64,000 nt of DNA from Candidatus Beckwithbacteria bacterium (GCA_043803225.1 JAZDKF010000027.1:22406-86405), one strand, 5' to 3'; positions 29,306 to 39,589 are shown, counted from the stretch's first letter. Made by a program: numbers and translations. The notes: generated by a model not told the origin, from the letters alone.

Positions 29306-30258
29306 AATTTGAGGTGGTGACATTCGGCAGCAGCTTTGTGGATGTTTATTTGTCAAGTAAAGAATTTAAAATGGTCAGAACCGGCAGCAGCCCAACCGGG
29401 GTGGCAATGTGCGAGGTTTACGGAGGTAAGATCGGAGTGGATAAATTGGTAATCACTACCGGCGGCGGAGCAACCAACACTGCCGTAGGTTTTGAGCGGC
29501 TGGGAATGCAGACCGGCTGCGTGACTTGCGTCGGTAAAGATCATTGGGGTTTATTTATAAGGCAAGAGTTAAGGAAAGAAGGGGTAAGTCCGCTTTACAT
29601 TCAGCAGGTTAACGAGCCGACCAGCTATTCAACGATTTTAGTAGGAGAAGACGGCGGCCGGTCGGCTTTAATTTACCGCGGGGCCAGCAGCAAATTATCC
29701 TGGCACAAGGTTGATTGGGAAAAGCTTGAAGCTGATTGGTATTACATTTCATCTTTAGGCGGCGATTTAAATTTATTAACTAAAATAGTAAGAACGGCTA
29801 AGGAAAAAAAGATTAAGGTGGCGTTTAATCCCGGCACAAGCGAAATTTCCGCGCAGGAAAAATTAAAAGCATTTTTACCAGAAGTGGAAGTGTTAATTGT
29901 CAATCGCCAGGAAGCGGCTAGGATCACGAAGCACGAATTTAAGAACAAAGAAGAGATTCTGACGGATTTAAGAAAGTTGGGACCAAGGCTGGTGACAGTA
30001 ACTGAGGGGAGAAAAGGGGCAACTTTAATGGAAGGCAGAAAAATTATCAGTTTGCCGGCGATTAAGAGGGAAGTAGTAGAAGAAACCGGAGCCGGCGATG
30101 CTTTTGGCTGTGGTTTGGTGGCCGGATTAATTCGTTACTCGAGTTTGGAAAAGGCTTTGAAACTGGGACTTTGCAACGGCGCATCAGTGGTAGAGCACTT
30201 TGGACCGAAACAAGGTTTGCTGTTCAGTCCGGAGGTAGAAATATGGATGAAGATTTAA
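29302..30258 (+). CDS. PfkB family carbohydrate kinase
   Basis: GGGATNTA, FNPG, ETGAGDAFG; in glycolytic operon. Confidence 0.9.
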   Translation: MKFEVVTFGSSFVDVYLSSKEFKMVRTGSSPTGVAMCEVYGGKIGVDKLVITTGGGATNTAVGFERLGMQTGCVTCVGKDHWGLFIRQELRKEGVSPLYIQQVNEPTSYSTILVGEDGGRSALIYRGASSKLSWHKVDWEKLEADWYYISSLGGDLNLLTKIVRTAKEKKIKVAFNPGTSEISAQEKLKAFLPEVEVLIVNRQEAARITKHEFKNKEEILTDLRKLGPRLVTVTEGRKGATLMEGRKIISLPAIKREVVEETGAGDAFGCGLVAGLIRYSSLEKALKLGLCNGASVVEHFGPKQGLLFSPEVEIWMKI

Positions 30259-31292
30259 GAAGCAGGGATTTTGTTAATCAAGGCGACGAGTCAGAGCAAG
30301 TTAAAAAAAAACGAATACGCAAGACGATCGGTGAAGAAGGCAACCGGAAGCAGACCTTGATTGGTTTACTAGTAACAGTTGGACTGGGACTGGCTTTTTA
30401 TTTACCGCCACAGATTAAACAGTGGTGGCAGGGAATGGATTTAAATATTAATTTGGGCAAAGAAAGTGAAGTCATCAGGATTGAAAAACCAGTAGGCGAT
30501 AAAAAGAATGTTTCGGAAGTGGTGGGGTTTAAAGTGGAGATTAAACAGAAAGAGGATGCCGAGACGGTGGTGAAACAGATGCTGGGAGATTTGGCGGGCA
30601 GTTATGGACTGTATGTAGAAAAGTTGGCTGGGGGAGAGAAGTTTGGGATTAATGAGGGAGAAGTGTTTACGGCAGCATCAGTGATTAAGCTGCCGATTTT
30701 AGTTGTTTACTATCAGGCAGTCGATAAAAATCAGCTTGACCCTAAAACAAAATATGTTTTAGCCGAGGAAGATAGATTGGTTTATGGCACCGGCAGCATG
30801 CAGAATCAGCCGAACGGAACTAAGTTTAGTTATCAGCGGATTGCTTTACTAGCGGCCAATGAAAGCGATAATATGGCAGCTGAGCTGTTAATTAAGTTTT
30901 TAGGCGGAGAAACCAAAGTGCAGGCGAAGTTAACCGCCTTGGGTTTAAAAGACACTAAGATTAAAGAAAATAAAACCACCCCGAAAGAAATAGCTGATTT
31001 ATTGAAGCGAATTTATCAAGGTGGGTTGTTAAGCCAGAACAGCAGGGAAGAATTAATGGATAATTTAACCAAGACAATCTTAGAAGATAGAATTACTGCC
31101 GGAGTGCCCAGTAATATCAAAGTGATTCATAAGTTTGGCAGCGAAGGCGGGGTAGTGAACGACTGCGGAATAGTTGAGGCTAAAAATCCTTATACAATCT
31201 GCGTATTATCAACAGGAGTCAACGACGGCGAGGCGATGGAGTTATTGCCTAAGATCAGCCGGGTGATTTGGGAGTGGGGTAGTAGAGACTAG
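30243..31292 (+). CDS. Membrane-anchored class A beta-lactamase-like serine hydrolase
   Basis: TM helix, SVIK, SDN, KFG motifs. Confidence 0.85.
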   Translation: MDEDLRSRDFVNQGDESEQVKKKRIRKTIGEEGNRKQTLIGLLVTVGLGLAFYLPPQIKQWWQGMDLNINLGKESEVIRIEKPVGDKKNVSEVVGFKVEIKQKEDAETVVKQMLGDLAGSYGLYVEKLAGGEKFGINEGEVFTAASVIKLPILVVYYQAVDKNQLDPKTKYVLAEEDRLVYGTGSMQNQPNGTKFSYQRIALLAANESDNMAAELLIKFLGGETKVQAKLTALGLKDTKIKENKTTPKEIADLLKRIYQGGLLSQNSREELMDNLTKTILEDRITAGVPSNIKVIHKFGSEGGVVNDCGIVEAKNPYTICVLSTGVNDGEAMELLPKISRVIWEWGSRD

Positions 31293-33649
31293 TTTGTGGT
31301 GGCGCCGGTAAGGATTTTATCGCGCTCTTCCTGGTCTTTTTTAGCTTTTTCTTCCTGAATGGCCTTAATTTGTTCAGCTGAGCAGGCTTGTTTCGGCTCA
31401 GTGCCGGGAATAAAGTATTCAAGCTTAGAGGGGCAGCCTTCGCAGCTGAGTTGACCGGTAATTGAGCAGATGTTGACTTTAATTAAGTCAGTTGGAGGAG
31501 TAAAGACATGGGGAGGCTGGTCATTAAGTAAAAGAGTCATGATTTTATTCCAGATAGGCGAGGCGCCGGTGATACCGGAAGCAACTTGGGACATCGGAGT
31601 ATTATCATTATTGCCAACCCAGACAATGGTGAGAAAATCAGTGGTATAGCCAATAGTCCAGTTGTCCCGCTTATCATTAGTAGTGCCGGTTTTAACCGCA
31701 ACTTGATGGTTTAAGACATTAAGATAGCTGCGGCTGCCGAACGCGGGAATGCGGGCGATCGGATCAGCCAAAATATCGGTTAAGATAAAGCTGGTAGCAG
31801 GGAGGAGAATGGTTTCCGGGTTGCAGTAAAGATGTTTTTGGGCGGCAAAGGCATCAGGTTGGAGATCAGCTTGACGGTCAGGAAGATTGATGGCAGGGAA
31901 GTCGTCGCAGTTAAAGTCCAATAGGACTTTGTTTTTAGCATCAGTGACTTTAAGAATCGGGTGGAGATTAACCCGTTTTCCCTGATTGCTTAGGGTAGCG
32001 TAGACTACGGCCATATCGGTCATGGTGACTTCAGCGCCACCCAGAGTCAGAGACAGGCCGTAGCGTTCCGGCTGATTCCAGGTAGAGATGCCCATTTTTT
32101 TACCTTGTTCGATCATTTTTTCGACGCCATAGCTGGCTAATACTTTAACCGCCGGAACATTGTAAGAATTAGCCAGAGCGTTTCTTAAGGTAACCGGGCC
32201 ATTAAAGTTGCCGCTGTAGTTGACCGGAGAGTAAGGTTTGGAACCGGGAATATCGTAAGTAACCGGACTGTCTTGGATAATTGAGACGGCAGTAAAACCA
32301 TGTTCTAAGGCGTAGGCATAGTTAACCGGTTTAATGGAAGAACCGGGTTGGCGGAGAGCCGTAGTTAGATTAACCTGGCCGTCCCGGTCGACGTCAAAGT
32401 AGTCCCGGGAGCCGACCATGGCCAGGATTTCGCCGGTTTTGGGATTAGTGATCAGGGCGGCACCATTAGTAATATGTAAGGGAAAAAGTTGGTTGATTTC
32501 TTGGGTAACAATAGTCTGAACCTGTTCTTGTAGATTAAGATCAAGCGAAGTGATTACGGTCAGGCCGCCTTGCTCAACCGTAGTTTCGCCAAATTCCTGA
32601 GCGAGCAGGTCTTTAATATACATAACAAAGTGAGGGGCGCGGATGTTTTGATATTGGGGGGCGAGGCGAATTTTTTGTTGTTTAGCCAGTTCGGCTTCCT
32701 GCGGAGCAATAAATTTTTCTTCAACCATCCGGTTTAAAACTTGGTGTTGGCGGTAAATAGAAAGATAGGGATTGGGTCCGAAAGGGGAGTAAGTGGTCGG
32801 CGAAGCTGGTAAACCGGCAAGCAGAGAGGCTTCGGCCAAGCTAATGTTTTTAATAGATTTGCCAAAGTAGGTTTGGGCTGCCTGCTCAGCACCATAAGCG
32901 GTGCCGCCGTAGGAGACCTGGTTAAAATACATTTCCAGAATTTCGTCTTTAGAAAAAAGCAGTTCAGTTTCTATGGTTAAAATTAGTTCTTTGAGTTTGC
33001 GAATTAGGGTCCGTTCAGGGGTAAGCAGGGCATTTTTAACCAATTGTTGGGTAATGGTAGAACCGCCTTGGAGTTGTTGGTTAAAAATAATTTGATTTAA
33101 GGAGCGAAGAATACCGGACCAGGAAATACCTTGGTGATGATAAAAACGGCTGTCTTCGATAGCCAGGGTCGCTTGGATAAAGTGCTGAGGCAGTTGGTTT
33201 AAGCTGATTAAGGATCGGTTTTGATCTTTGTAAAAAGTAAACAGGAGATTTTCATAACGGTCATAGATTTTAGTGGAGAGGCTGGGCGGACGATTGATCA
33301 GATCAGTAGGGCTGGGAAGGTCTTTTACGATAAAGAAGTAGAAAAAGCCGGAGAAAATTAAAATCGACGAACCAATTAGGACAGTTCGTTTAGAGAAAGA
33401 CAAACGGGGCAGTTGAAAGCGGGGTAGTTTAATGCCCGGAAGTTTTAATTGCCTAGTTTTAACTTTAGGCAGTTTGAGTTTGATTTCCAGAGAGGTAAGA
33501 AAACGATAGGCAGAGCGAAAGTTTTTGATAAATACCACAAGGCTGTTGAAAAACAGCTTGATTGCAAAAAAGATTGATTGGTAAGTGGTCCGACCGATAG
33601 TTTCCAGAATCAGGCCAGGCCAGCGCCAGAATTTGACCATGGGGGGCAT
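31289..33649 (-). CDS. Class A penicillin-binding protein (paralog 1)
   Basis: EDSRF, GGSTITQQL, SSIK, SYN, KTGT. Confidence 0.95.
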   Translation of the reverse strand: MPPMVKFWRWPGLILETIGRTTYQSIFFAIKLFFNSLVVFIKNFRSAYRFLTSLEIKLKLPKVKTRQLKLPGIKLPRFQLPRLSFSKRTVLIGSSILIFSGFFYFFIVKDLPSPTDLINRPPSLSTKIYDRYENLLFTFYKDQNRSLISLNQLPQHFIQATLAIEDSRFYHHQGISWSGILRSLNQIIFNQQLQGGSTITQQLVKNALLTPERTLIRKLKELILTIETELLFSKDEILEMYFNQVSYGGTAYGAEQAAQTYFGKSIKNISLAEASLLAGLPASPTTYSPFGPNPYLSIYRQHQVLNRMVEEKFIAPQEAELAKQQKIRLAPQYQNIRAPHFVMYIKDLLAQEFGETTVEQGGLTVITSLDLNLQEQVQTIVTQEINQLFPLHITNGAALITNPKTGEILAMVGSRDYFDVDRDGQVNLTTALRQPGSSIKPVNYAYALEHGFTAVSIIQDSPVTYDIPGSKPYSPVNYSGNFNGPVTLRNALANSYNVPAVKVLASYGVEKMIEQGKKMGISTWNQPERYGLSLTLGGAEVTMTDMAVVYATLSNQGKRVNLHPILKVTDAKNKVLLDFNCDDFPAINLPDRQADLQPDAFAAQKHLYCNPETILLPATSFILTDILADPIARIPAFGSRSYLNVLNHQVAVKTGTTNDKRDNWTIGYTTDFLTIVWVGNNDNTPMSQVASGITGASPIWNKIMTLLLNDQPPHVFTPPTDLIKVNICSITGQLSCEGCPSKLEYFIPGTEPKQACSAEQIKAIQEEKAKKDQEERDKILTGATTN

Positions 33650-33680
33650 TATAACCTATAATGTCAGAAAAAGGGAGAGG

Positions 33681-35855
33681 TTATTTTAGATTAATAGTGT
33701 AGGCAGGTTCGGTGATTTTGCCTTTATCGTCGATGGGTTTGGGACAGTCGAGACAGTAATCGGTTTGCACCGGATCGGAAAGCAGAAGATGATCCTGCAT
33801 TTCTAAGTTTTCCGTGACCCCGGGAAGAGGCGGATGGTTGGTGGTTTTATCAATCCAGACGCCTTTTTTTAACTGAGGTTCAATTCCCGGCTCTTGGCCT
33901 TTAATAAAGTATTCAAAGCGAGTTTCGCAAGGGGAGTCGGGGTTAGGGCGGTAACCAGTCAAAGAGCAAACAGATAGACCGACAACAGTTTCCGGTTTGG
34001 CCGGCCATTCGTCCGGCTGATCAGCCAGCAGATAGGTCATCAGGTCGTGCCAGATAGGGGCGGCGCCGGAGACACCGGAAACCAACCAGGGAGACATCGG
34101 CGTATTATCGTTGTTGCCAGTCCAGACAGCGATTAAAAATGAGGGAGTATAGCCGATAGTCCAGTTGTCCCGAAGATCGTCAGTGGTGCCAGTTTTAACT
34201 GAGACAGCATGGTTTCTAATGACTAGTTCTGAGTTAGAACCAAAAGCTTGAGACCGAGCATTGTTGTCTAAAAGTATATGAGAGATAAGGTAGGCAATTT
34301 CCGGAGAAATAGCTTTAGTACCGCTGGGCAGTTGGTTTTCCAGATCAATTTGTTCCAAGACTTCGCCAGTGTAGGTCTCGACTTTTAGGATCGGAGTCAA
34401 GTCGACTTTTAAACCGGCATTGGCAAAGACGCCAAAAGCTACGGCCATGTCAACCATTTTAACTTCACCGCCGCCAAGGGTTAAAGACAGGCCGTAGCGG
34501 GACGGGTCGGTAAAGGTGGTAATGCCCATAGCTGAAGCAGTGGCAATCATTGATTCAACTGAGTTGGCGGCGAGCATTTTCACTGCGGGAATGTTAAAAG
34601 AGTTGCCGAGAGCAAAACGCATTTGGACCGGGCCGTGGAAAGTAGCGTCATAGTTTTTGGGACAGTAGCTTCTTTGGCCGGGCACATTAAAACAAACCGG
34701 AACATCCAAAAACATAGTCGATGGGGTAAAGCCTTTGGCTAAACCGACAGCGTAGTTAATCGGTTTGATAGATGAACCAGGCTGGCGCAGGCGGGTAGTA
34801 ACGTTAACATTACCGTCGATAGATTCATCGAAGTAATCTTTGGAGCCGACCATGGCCAGAATTTCTCCGGTTCTGGGTTTGGTAATCAAAGCGGCGGCGT
34901 TGGTGACATTGGCTTTGGCTAACTTAGCGGTTTCGGTGGCAATAGCCGCTTCGGCAAACTGCTGGAGGTTTAAATCCAGGGAAGTGGTAACCCTAAGGCC
35001 GCCTTTTTCAACTAAGGGCAGGCCGTATTTATCGACTAAGATTTCTTTAATATAAAGAGAAAAATGGGGGGCAAGGATCGATTGAGTCGGGGGCTTAAGC
35101 TCAAGCGGTTGGTTTATAGCTGAGTCAAATTCTTCCCTAGAAATGTATTTATCTTCCAACATCCGACTTAAGACTTGCTGCTGGCGGCTTTTAGCCAGAT
35201 CCGGGTTAGCGCCAAAAGGGGAGTAGCGCGTGGGGGCTTGGGGCAGTCCGGCCAGCAGGGCGGCTTCAGCCAAAGTCAGCGCTTGGGCGCTTTTGCCAAA
35301 GTAGGTTTGAGCGGCCTGTTCAATGCCATAACTGGTGCCGCCGTAAGGGATGTGGTTTAAGTACATTTCCAGGATTTCTGTTTTGGAGTAGCGGACTTCG
35401 GTGGCAAAGGAAAGAATGGCTTCTCTTATTTTTCGCTTAATGGTCCGTTCCGGGGTAAGCAGGGTGGTTTTGACCAGTTGCTGGGTAATGGTGGAGCCGC
35501 CCTGGAGTTTTTGTTTAAAGATGGTGTTTAAAAAAGCCCGGGTGATGCCTTCCCAGGCAAAACCATGATGTTTATAAAAGTTTTTGTCTTCAATGGCGAT
35601 GGTGGCTTGTTTAATATAGTCGGGAAGGTCGGTTAACTTGATTGGAGTGCGGTTTTGGTCAGCGTAGATTTCATAAAGCAACTGGCCGTGGCGATCCAGG
35701 ATTTTGGTGGAAACGGGAAAAGCATCAGAATTGAGTTTTCCCGGAGAAGGCAAGTCATTGAAAATAATGATTAAGCCGACGAGAAAGATTAAAGCAGCGC
35801 CGATGATAAAGACCGCCTGGCGGGGGTGAGTTTTAAAAAAGGGTTTTTTGACCAT
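33681..35855 (-). CDS. Class A penicillin-binding protein (paralog 2)
   Basis: EDKNF, GGSTITQQL, SSIK, SFN, KTGT. Confidence 0.95.
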   Translation of the reverse strand: MVKKPFFKTHPRQAVFIIGAALIFLVGLIIIFNDLPSPGKLNSDAFPVSTKILDRHGQLLYEIYADQNRTPIKLTDLPDYIKQATIAIEDKNFYKHHGFAWEGITRAFLNTIFKQKLQGGSTITQQLVKTTLLTPERTIKRKIREAILSFATEVRYSKTEILEMYLNHIPYGGTSYGIEQAAQTYFGKSAQALTLAEAALLAGLPQAPTRYSPFGANPDLAKSRQQQVLSRMLEDKYISREEFDSAINQPLELKPPTQSILAPHFSLYIKEILVDKYGLPLVEKGGLRVTTSLDLNLQQFAEAAIATETAKLAKANVTNAAALITKPRTGEILAMVGSKDYFDESIDGNVNVTTRLRQPGSSIKPINYAVGLAKGFTPSTMFLDVPVCFNVPGQRSYCPKNYDATFHGPVQMRFALGNSFNIPAVKMLAANSVESMIATASAMGITTFTDPSRYGLSLTLGGGEVKMVDMAVAFGVFANAGLKVDLTPILKVETYTGEVLEQIDLENQLPSGTKAISPEIAYLISHILLDNNARSQAFGSNSELVIRNHAVSVKTGTTDDLRDNWTIGYTPSFLIAVWTGNNDNTPMSPWLVSGVSGAAPIWHDLMTYLLADQPDEWPAKPETVVGLSVCSLTGYRPNPDSPCETRFEYFIKGQEPGIEPQLKKGVWIDKTTNHPPLPGVTENLEMQDHLLLSDPVQTDYCLDCPKPIDDKGKITEPAYTINLK

Positions 35856-35893
35856 GGCATAATTGTAACAAATATGTAAAAATAGCGGTTAAG

Positions 35894-36505
35894 ATGAAGT
35901 ATAGAAATGTAACTATTTCCGGCTTGCCTGGTTCAGGGTCATCAACTTTGGCTAGAAGTTTAGCTAAAAAGCTTGGTTGGGAGTATTTTGGCGGCGGCGA
36001 GTTTATGAGGCAGTATGCAATTGAAAAAGGCCTGTTTAATAAAGAATTAAAAATCCATCATTTAGCGACAGTTTACGGGGATGATTTTGACAGGAAAGTG
36101 GATTATGGGATGAGAGACTGGCTAAAAGAAAAATCCGGCCGGGTAGTGGATTCATGGCTGTCAGGGTTTGTCGCTCAGGGAGTTAAGGGAACTTTAAAGG
36201 TTTTAATGTTTTGTTCAATGGATGAGTTAAGGATTGACCGATTGGTAAACCGGGATGGAATTTCGATAGAAGAAGCCAAAAAACATATATTTGAAAGAGA
36301 AGAAAAAAATTTAGGAAAATGGACAAGATTGTACGGGAAAGAATGGCGGCTTTGGGTGCCAAAATCCAGCCAGGGTTTCAGACGGGGCAAGTATTTTGAT
36401 TTTTACCACCCGAGTTTGTATGATTTAGTGATTGATACATATTCTTTGGATAGAGACTCTTGTTTAAAAAAAACTTTGGAGGCTTTATGTTTAAAAAAAT
36501 CTTGA
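35894..36505 (+). CDS. cmk: Cytidylate kinase, archaeal-type
   Basis: ISGLPGSGSST, DRKVD, YDLVIDT; note Ser at the P-loop Lys position. Confidence 0.75.
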   Translation: MKYRNVTISGLPGSGSSTLARSLAKKLGWEYFGGGEFMRQYAIEKGLFNKELKIHHLATVYGDDFDRKVDYGMRDWLKEKSGRVVDSWLSGFVAQGVKGTLKVLMFCSMDELRIDRLVNRDGISIEEAKKHIFEREEKNLGKWTRLYGKEWRLWVPKSSQGFRRGKYFDFYHPSLYDLVIDTYSLDRDSCLKKTLEALCLKKS

Positions 36506-37317
36506 TTAGCTTAGCAATGTTAATGCTGTTGATGACTACGGGTGTCGGAGCTGTGGCAGAAAGCATAGAGAGCAGTAAACCGGTTGATTATTATCTGTCT
36601 TATCCGGGAGTGTTACCGGACAGTCCGCTTTATTGGCTGAAAATGATCAGAGACCGGGTTCAGCTGATATTAACCTCGGCGACATTACCAAAAGCAGAAA
36701 AGCTGTTACTATATGCCGATAAACGGTTGGGAGCCGGCTGGACTTTGGTTGATGGGAATAAGCTGGCATTAGGGGTAAGCACCTTAACTAAAGCAGAGAA
36801 GTATTTAGACCAGGCAGTCAATCTAAGCCAAGGGTTGGGAGAAACAGAGCCAGAAAAGCAGTTTAAGAATCGATTAACTTTAGCGACAAAAAAACATTTA
36901 GAAGTGTTGAATTTATTAAAAGAAAAAGTGAGTGATGAGTCTAAAGAAGTGATGGAAGAAATGATAGAAGGGTTAAAGTTAAAGGTGGAAAGCAGGGGTG
37001 AAACAGAAGCGGAAAAGCTGTTGGAGGAAGTGGAGCTGGGAATAGATTTTGGCGATGGCAAGGAGGCAATGGAGTTGGTTCAAGCCGGGACGGTGCTTGA
37101 GGCCTTGCAGGCGGCGGCCAGCAATCGGGGATTTGAAATAACTCTGAAAGAGTCTGATTTCGGAAGTTTAGTGGAAAGCATTAACGGCTATAGCAACCGG
37201 ACTGATAAAGCCTGGATTTATTTTATTAATGGCCAATCAGGAACCGTAGCGGCGGATAAGCAAGGATTAAACTCAGGGGATTTAGTTGAGTGGAAGTATA
37301 TTAAACCAGCGTTCTAA
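36487..37317 (+). CDS. Exported DUF5667 + DUF4430 (transcobalamin-like) protein, probable cobalamin-binding component
   Basis: Signal peptide; PGVLPDSPLYWLK; VESING..WIYFING..AAD..GD.VEW.Y. Confidence 0.75.
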   Translation: MFKKILISLAMLMLLMTTGVGAVAESIESSKPVDYYLSYPGVLPDSPLYWLKMIRDRVQLILTSATLPKAEKLLLYADKRLGAGWTLVDGNKLALGVSTLTKAEKYLDQAVNLSQGLGETEPEKQFKNRLTLATKKHLEVLNLLKEKVSDESKEVMEEMIEGLKLKVESRGETEAEKLLEEVELGIDFGDGKEAMELVQAGTVLEALQAAASNRGFEITLKESDFGSLVESINGYSNRTDKAWIYFINGQSGTVAADKQGLNSGDLVEWKYIKPAF

Positions 37318-37844
37318 TGATGAAAAAGATTTTATTGGCTTTAGTTTTAGTGTCGGCGGCAGTGGCCGAGAGACTGTGGTTTGATTTGGGGCCGAATATT
37401 GAGCTAATAACGACCGTAAGCGTAATCGCTTCAATTTATTTAGGCAAGCGCTGGGGGGCGGGAGTAGCAGTAATGGCTTTAGTCTTGTCAGACTTAGTGA
37501 TCGGCAATACAATGATACTGCTTTTTACCTGGAGTGCATTCGGACTGATTGGTTATCTGGGACGATGGTTAAAAGGTAAGGCTTGGTGGGTGGCCGGGGG
37601 TTATGGTTTGGGAGCATCGTTGTTTTTTTACTTTTACACTAATTTTGGAGTTTGGCTGATCAGCAGTTTATATCCGCATAATTTAAAGGGTTTAGTGGAT
37701 TGTTATGTGATGGGATTGCCGTTTTTACGCTTACAGGCAGTGAGCAACCTAATAATATTGACAGGAACATTAGCAATTATTAAATATTTAACTTCAAGTA
37801 TTTGGGTAAGCCGGTGGAAGTCCGGCACTGTGCCGCAACTGTAA
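37317..37844 (+). CDS. ECF-type S component (DUF6580-like), probable cobalamin transporter
   Basis: PNIE, SD, TNFGVW..YP...GL..CY.MGLPF; B12 context. Confidence 0.75.
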   Translation: MMKKILLALVLVSAAVAERLWFDLGPNIELITTVSVIASIYLGKRWGAGVAVMALVLSDLVIGNTMILLFTWSAFGLIGYLGRWLKGKAWWVAGGYGLGASLFFYFYTNFGVWLISSLYPHNLKGLVDCYVMGLPFLRLQAVSNLIILTGTLAIIKYLTSSIWVSRWKSGTVPQL

Positions 37845-37905
37845 ATCGTTTTAAACGATAAGTCAGAAAACCAGATTTGAAGTAGTTTTCTCCCGAGCAG
37901 GAGGC
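37791..37905 (+). ncRNA. Cobalamin riboswitch (compact)
   Basis: gggtaa-gccgg-tggaagt-ccggc-actgtgccgcaactgta...aagtcagaaaacc; closing acttcaa/ttgaagt; ctcc/ggag hairpin over the SD. Confidence 0.9.
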
Positions 37906-37909
37906 GAAT

Positions 37910-39493
37910 GTGGTTGGACATGAAGTTTTTGATCAGATAGCTGAAGTGAATTCTTTTAAAGGGTATAGGGCGAAGTTAGCAGCGGAAAATCCGGATTTAA
38001 GCCCAGAAATTATTTTTAAGCAGGCTTTAATTGGATTTAATACAATGATGTTTCCCAGGCAGGTGGAAACGTATTTGGCTGAGAAAGCCGGAGAGTTGGT
38101 CAGCCAGGTTGAACAAAAATATGAAGTGGTTGACGGCCGGTTAGTTGATCCGTTTTACGGTCTATTTCAAAAGATGATTGATTTTGCCAGCAGCGATGAG
38201 GAAAGAGAAACGTTAATCGCTTTTGAGAAGGAAGCAATTGGAGCAAAGCCCGGAGAAATTATCAATGTTTTGGATGCCAGCGCTTTGGGTAGAGGCGGGG
38301 GAGTGAAATATATGGATACATTTGAGAAGGAGATGGACGGATCGGTCAGACATAAGGATAGAATTGATTTAACCGGCGAGGGAGAAGACTTAAGTTTTGA
38401 GGAGGCAAAGTTGAAACTGGAGTTTCTAAAACAAAGTCAAGACTTTGAAGAGATATTAGTTCGACCGACGAGGTCTCTCCTTGAAGGCAAGGGACTACAA
38501 CCGTTAGCAACAGCGGCTAGCAGTTGGGATGCAGTTGGGCGGGCAAAACCCGCAAGGTTGAATCCTGAAGTCGAAGTTAAAATTGGATTAGTGTTTCAGT
38601 CGGAGAATAAAAATGAAGAGAAAGAAATGAAAACAGTTGAACCAGGAGCAGAATCGAGAAGACCTACAAGGACAGACCTCGTAGGTGAAATCAGAACTGT
38701 TTCTGATGTAGCCCTGGTGGTGAAAACATCAGAGTTAGATACAGAAACGACACCATTAATAATGAAAGCGGCAAAGCCGGAGGAGCCAACTTTTAGAATA
38801 GAAGAGATTATTGAAGCGCCGGCGACTTCAAAGATAGTCCCTAAAGTCACATTGCTGGAGATTCAACCGGCAATGACGGCAAAGCAAAGTATTCGACCTA
38901 CGAAGTTTGTCTTTGGAGTAATTGACCCTAAAGCAACAGTAACACCAGTGGTAAAGACATCAGAATTAGAGACAGAAACGACACCATTAATAATGAAAGT
39001 CGTAAGGCCTGAGGCGGTGATAGAGCCAGCAGAAGAAGAGGGGGAAAGTTTGGAAGCGAGAGTTGAGCTAGAGGTTAAAACTTCAAGGACTGTCCTTGTA
39101 GGCCCTGAAAAACAGGAAATAGCTGCACCAGCGGCAGGCAAGCCTACAAGGAGAGACCTTGTAGGTATTAAAGAAGAAGGGATTGTTTATCAAGCAGGTG
39201 AAACAGAAATACCAGAGATAATAACACCGGTAATAAGTGAAGAAGATAAACCTATTCCAATTTACCAAGTGCGGTGGCCGAAGCTGCAACCGTTAATAGG
39301 CATTCCGGAGTGGGTTTGGCAGCCGCAGGCAGCGAGTATTGATGAAGCGGTTGATTGGAATTTGTTTTTAGTAATAGTGTTTTATGCGTTATTGAACACA
39401 AAATCACTACTAAGAATAGATAGAGAAGATCAAATAAATGATTGGCCGGGGGAGGGGGTGAAGGAAAAAGTTAAAAGCAGACCGGTTTCTTGA
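37910..39493 (+). CDS. Hypothetical protein with Pro/Glu/Thr-rich repeats and a C-terminal hydrophobic helix
   Basis: SD aggagg + GTG; 527-aa ORF; internal repeats. Confidence 0.75.
   Translation: MVGHEVFDQIAEVNSFKGYRAKLAAENPDLSPEIIFKQALIGFNTMMFPRQVETYLAEKAGELVSQVEQKYEVVDGRLVDPFYGLFQKMIDFASSDEERETLIAFEKEAIGAKPGEIINVLDASALGRGGGVKYMDTFEKEMDGSVRHKDRIDLTGEGEDLSFEEAKLKLEFLKQSQDFEEILVRPTRSLLEGKGLQPLATAASSWDAVGRAKPARLNPEVEVKIGLVFQSENKNEEKEMKTVEPGAESRRPTRTDLVGEIRTVSDVALVVKTSELDTETTPLIMKAAKPEEPTFRIEEIIEAPATSKIVPKVTLLEIQPAMTAKQSIRPTKFVFGVIDPKATVTPVVKTSELETETTPLIMKVVRPEAVIEPAEEEGESLEARVELEVKTSRTVLVGPEKQEIAAPAAGKPTRRDLVGIKEEGIVYQAGETEIPEIITPVISEEDKPIPIYQVRWPKLQPLIGIPEWVWQPQAASIDEAVDWNLFLVIVFYALLNTKSLLRIDREDQINDWPGEGVKEKVKSRPVS
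38465..39165. repeat. Cluster of six copies of the 23-bp palindrome
   Basis: Copies at 38465, 38549, 38663, 38897, 39080, 39143; the last is perfect (cctacaagg-agaga-ccttgtagg). Confidence 0.8.
38717..38999 (+). repeat. 52-nt direct repeat (38717-38768 and 38948-38999)
   Basis: Both encode VVKTSEL(D/E)TETTPLIMK. Confidence 0.9.
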
Positions 39494-39541
39494 GGGAAAA
39501 GAAAAGCTGATCTAGTTTGACTTAGATATTGGTAGTTGACG

Positions 39542-39589
39542 ACACTATTAGTAGTGTCATAAATTTTATGTTGACACTAGCTATAGTGT
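39542..39589. promoter_or_regulatory. Tandem NrdR boxes
   Basis: acactattagtagtgt and acactagctatagtgt, 16-bp palindromes with starts 32 bp apart, upstream of nrdR-nrdJ. Confidence 0.88.

Noticed and set aside
31289-35855. Tandem class A PBPs as a novelty
   Set aside because: Both have canonical motifs, and multiple class A PBPs are ordinary.
38825-38847. Possible seventh palindrome copy in the orphan
   Set aside because: Too degenerate to distinguish from chance.
38465-39165. Palindromic repeats as a CRISPR array
   Set aside because: Spacing is irregular, copies are degenerate, they lie in an open frame, and no cas genes are present.
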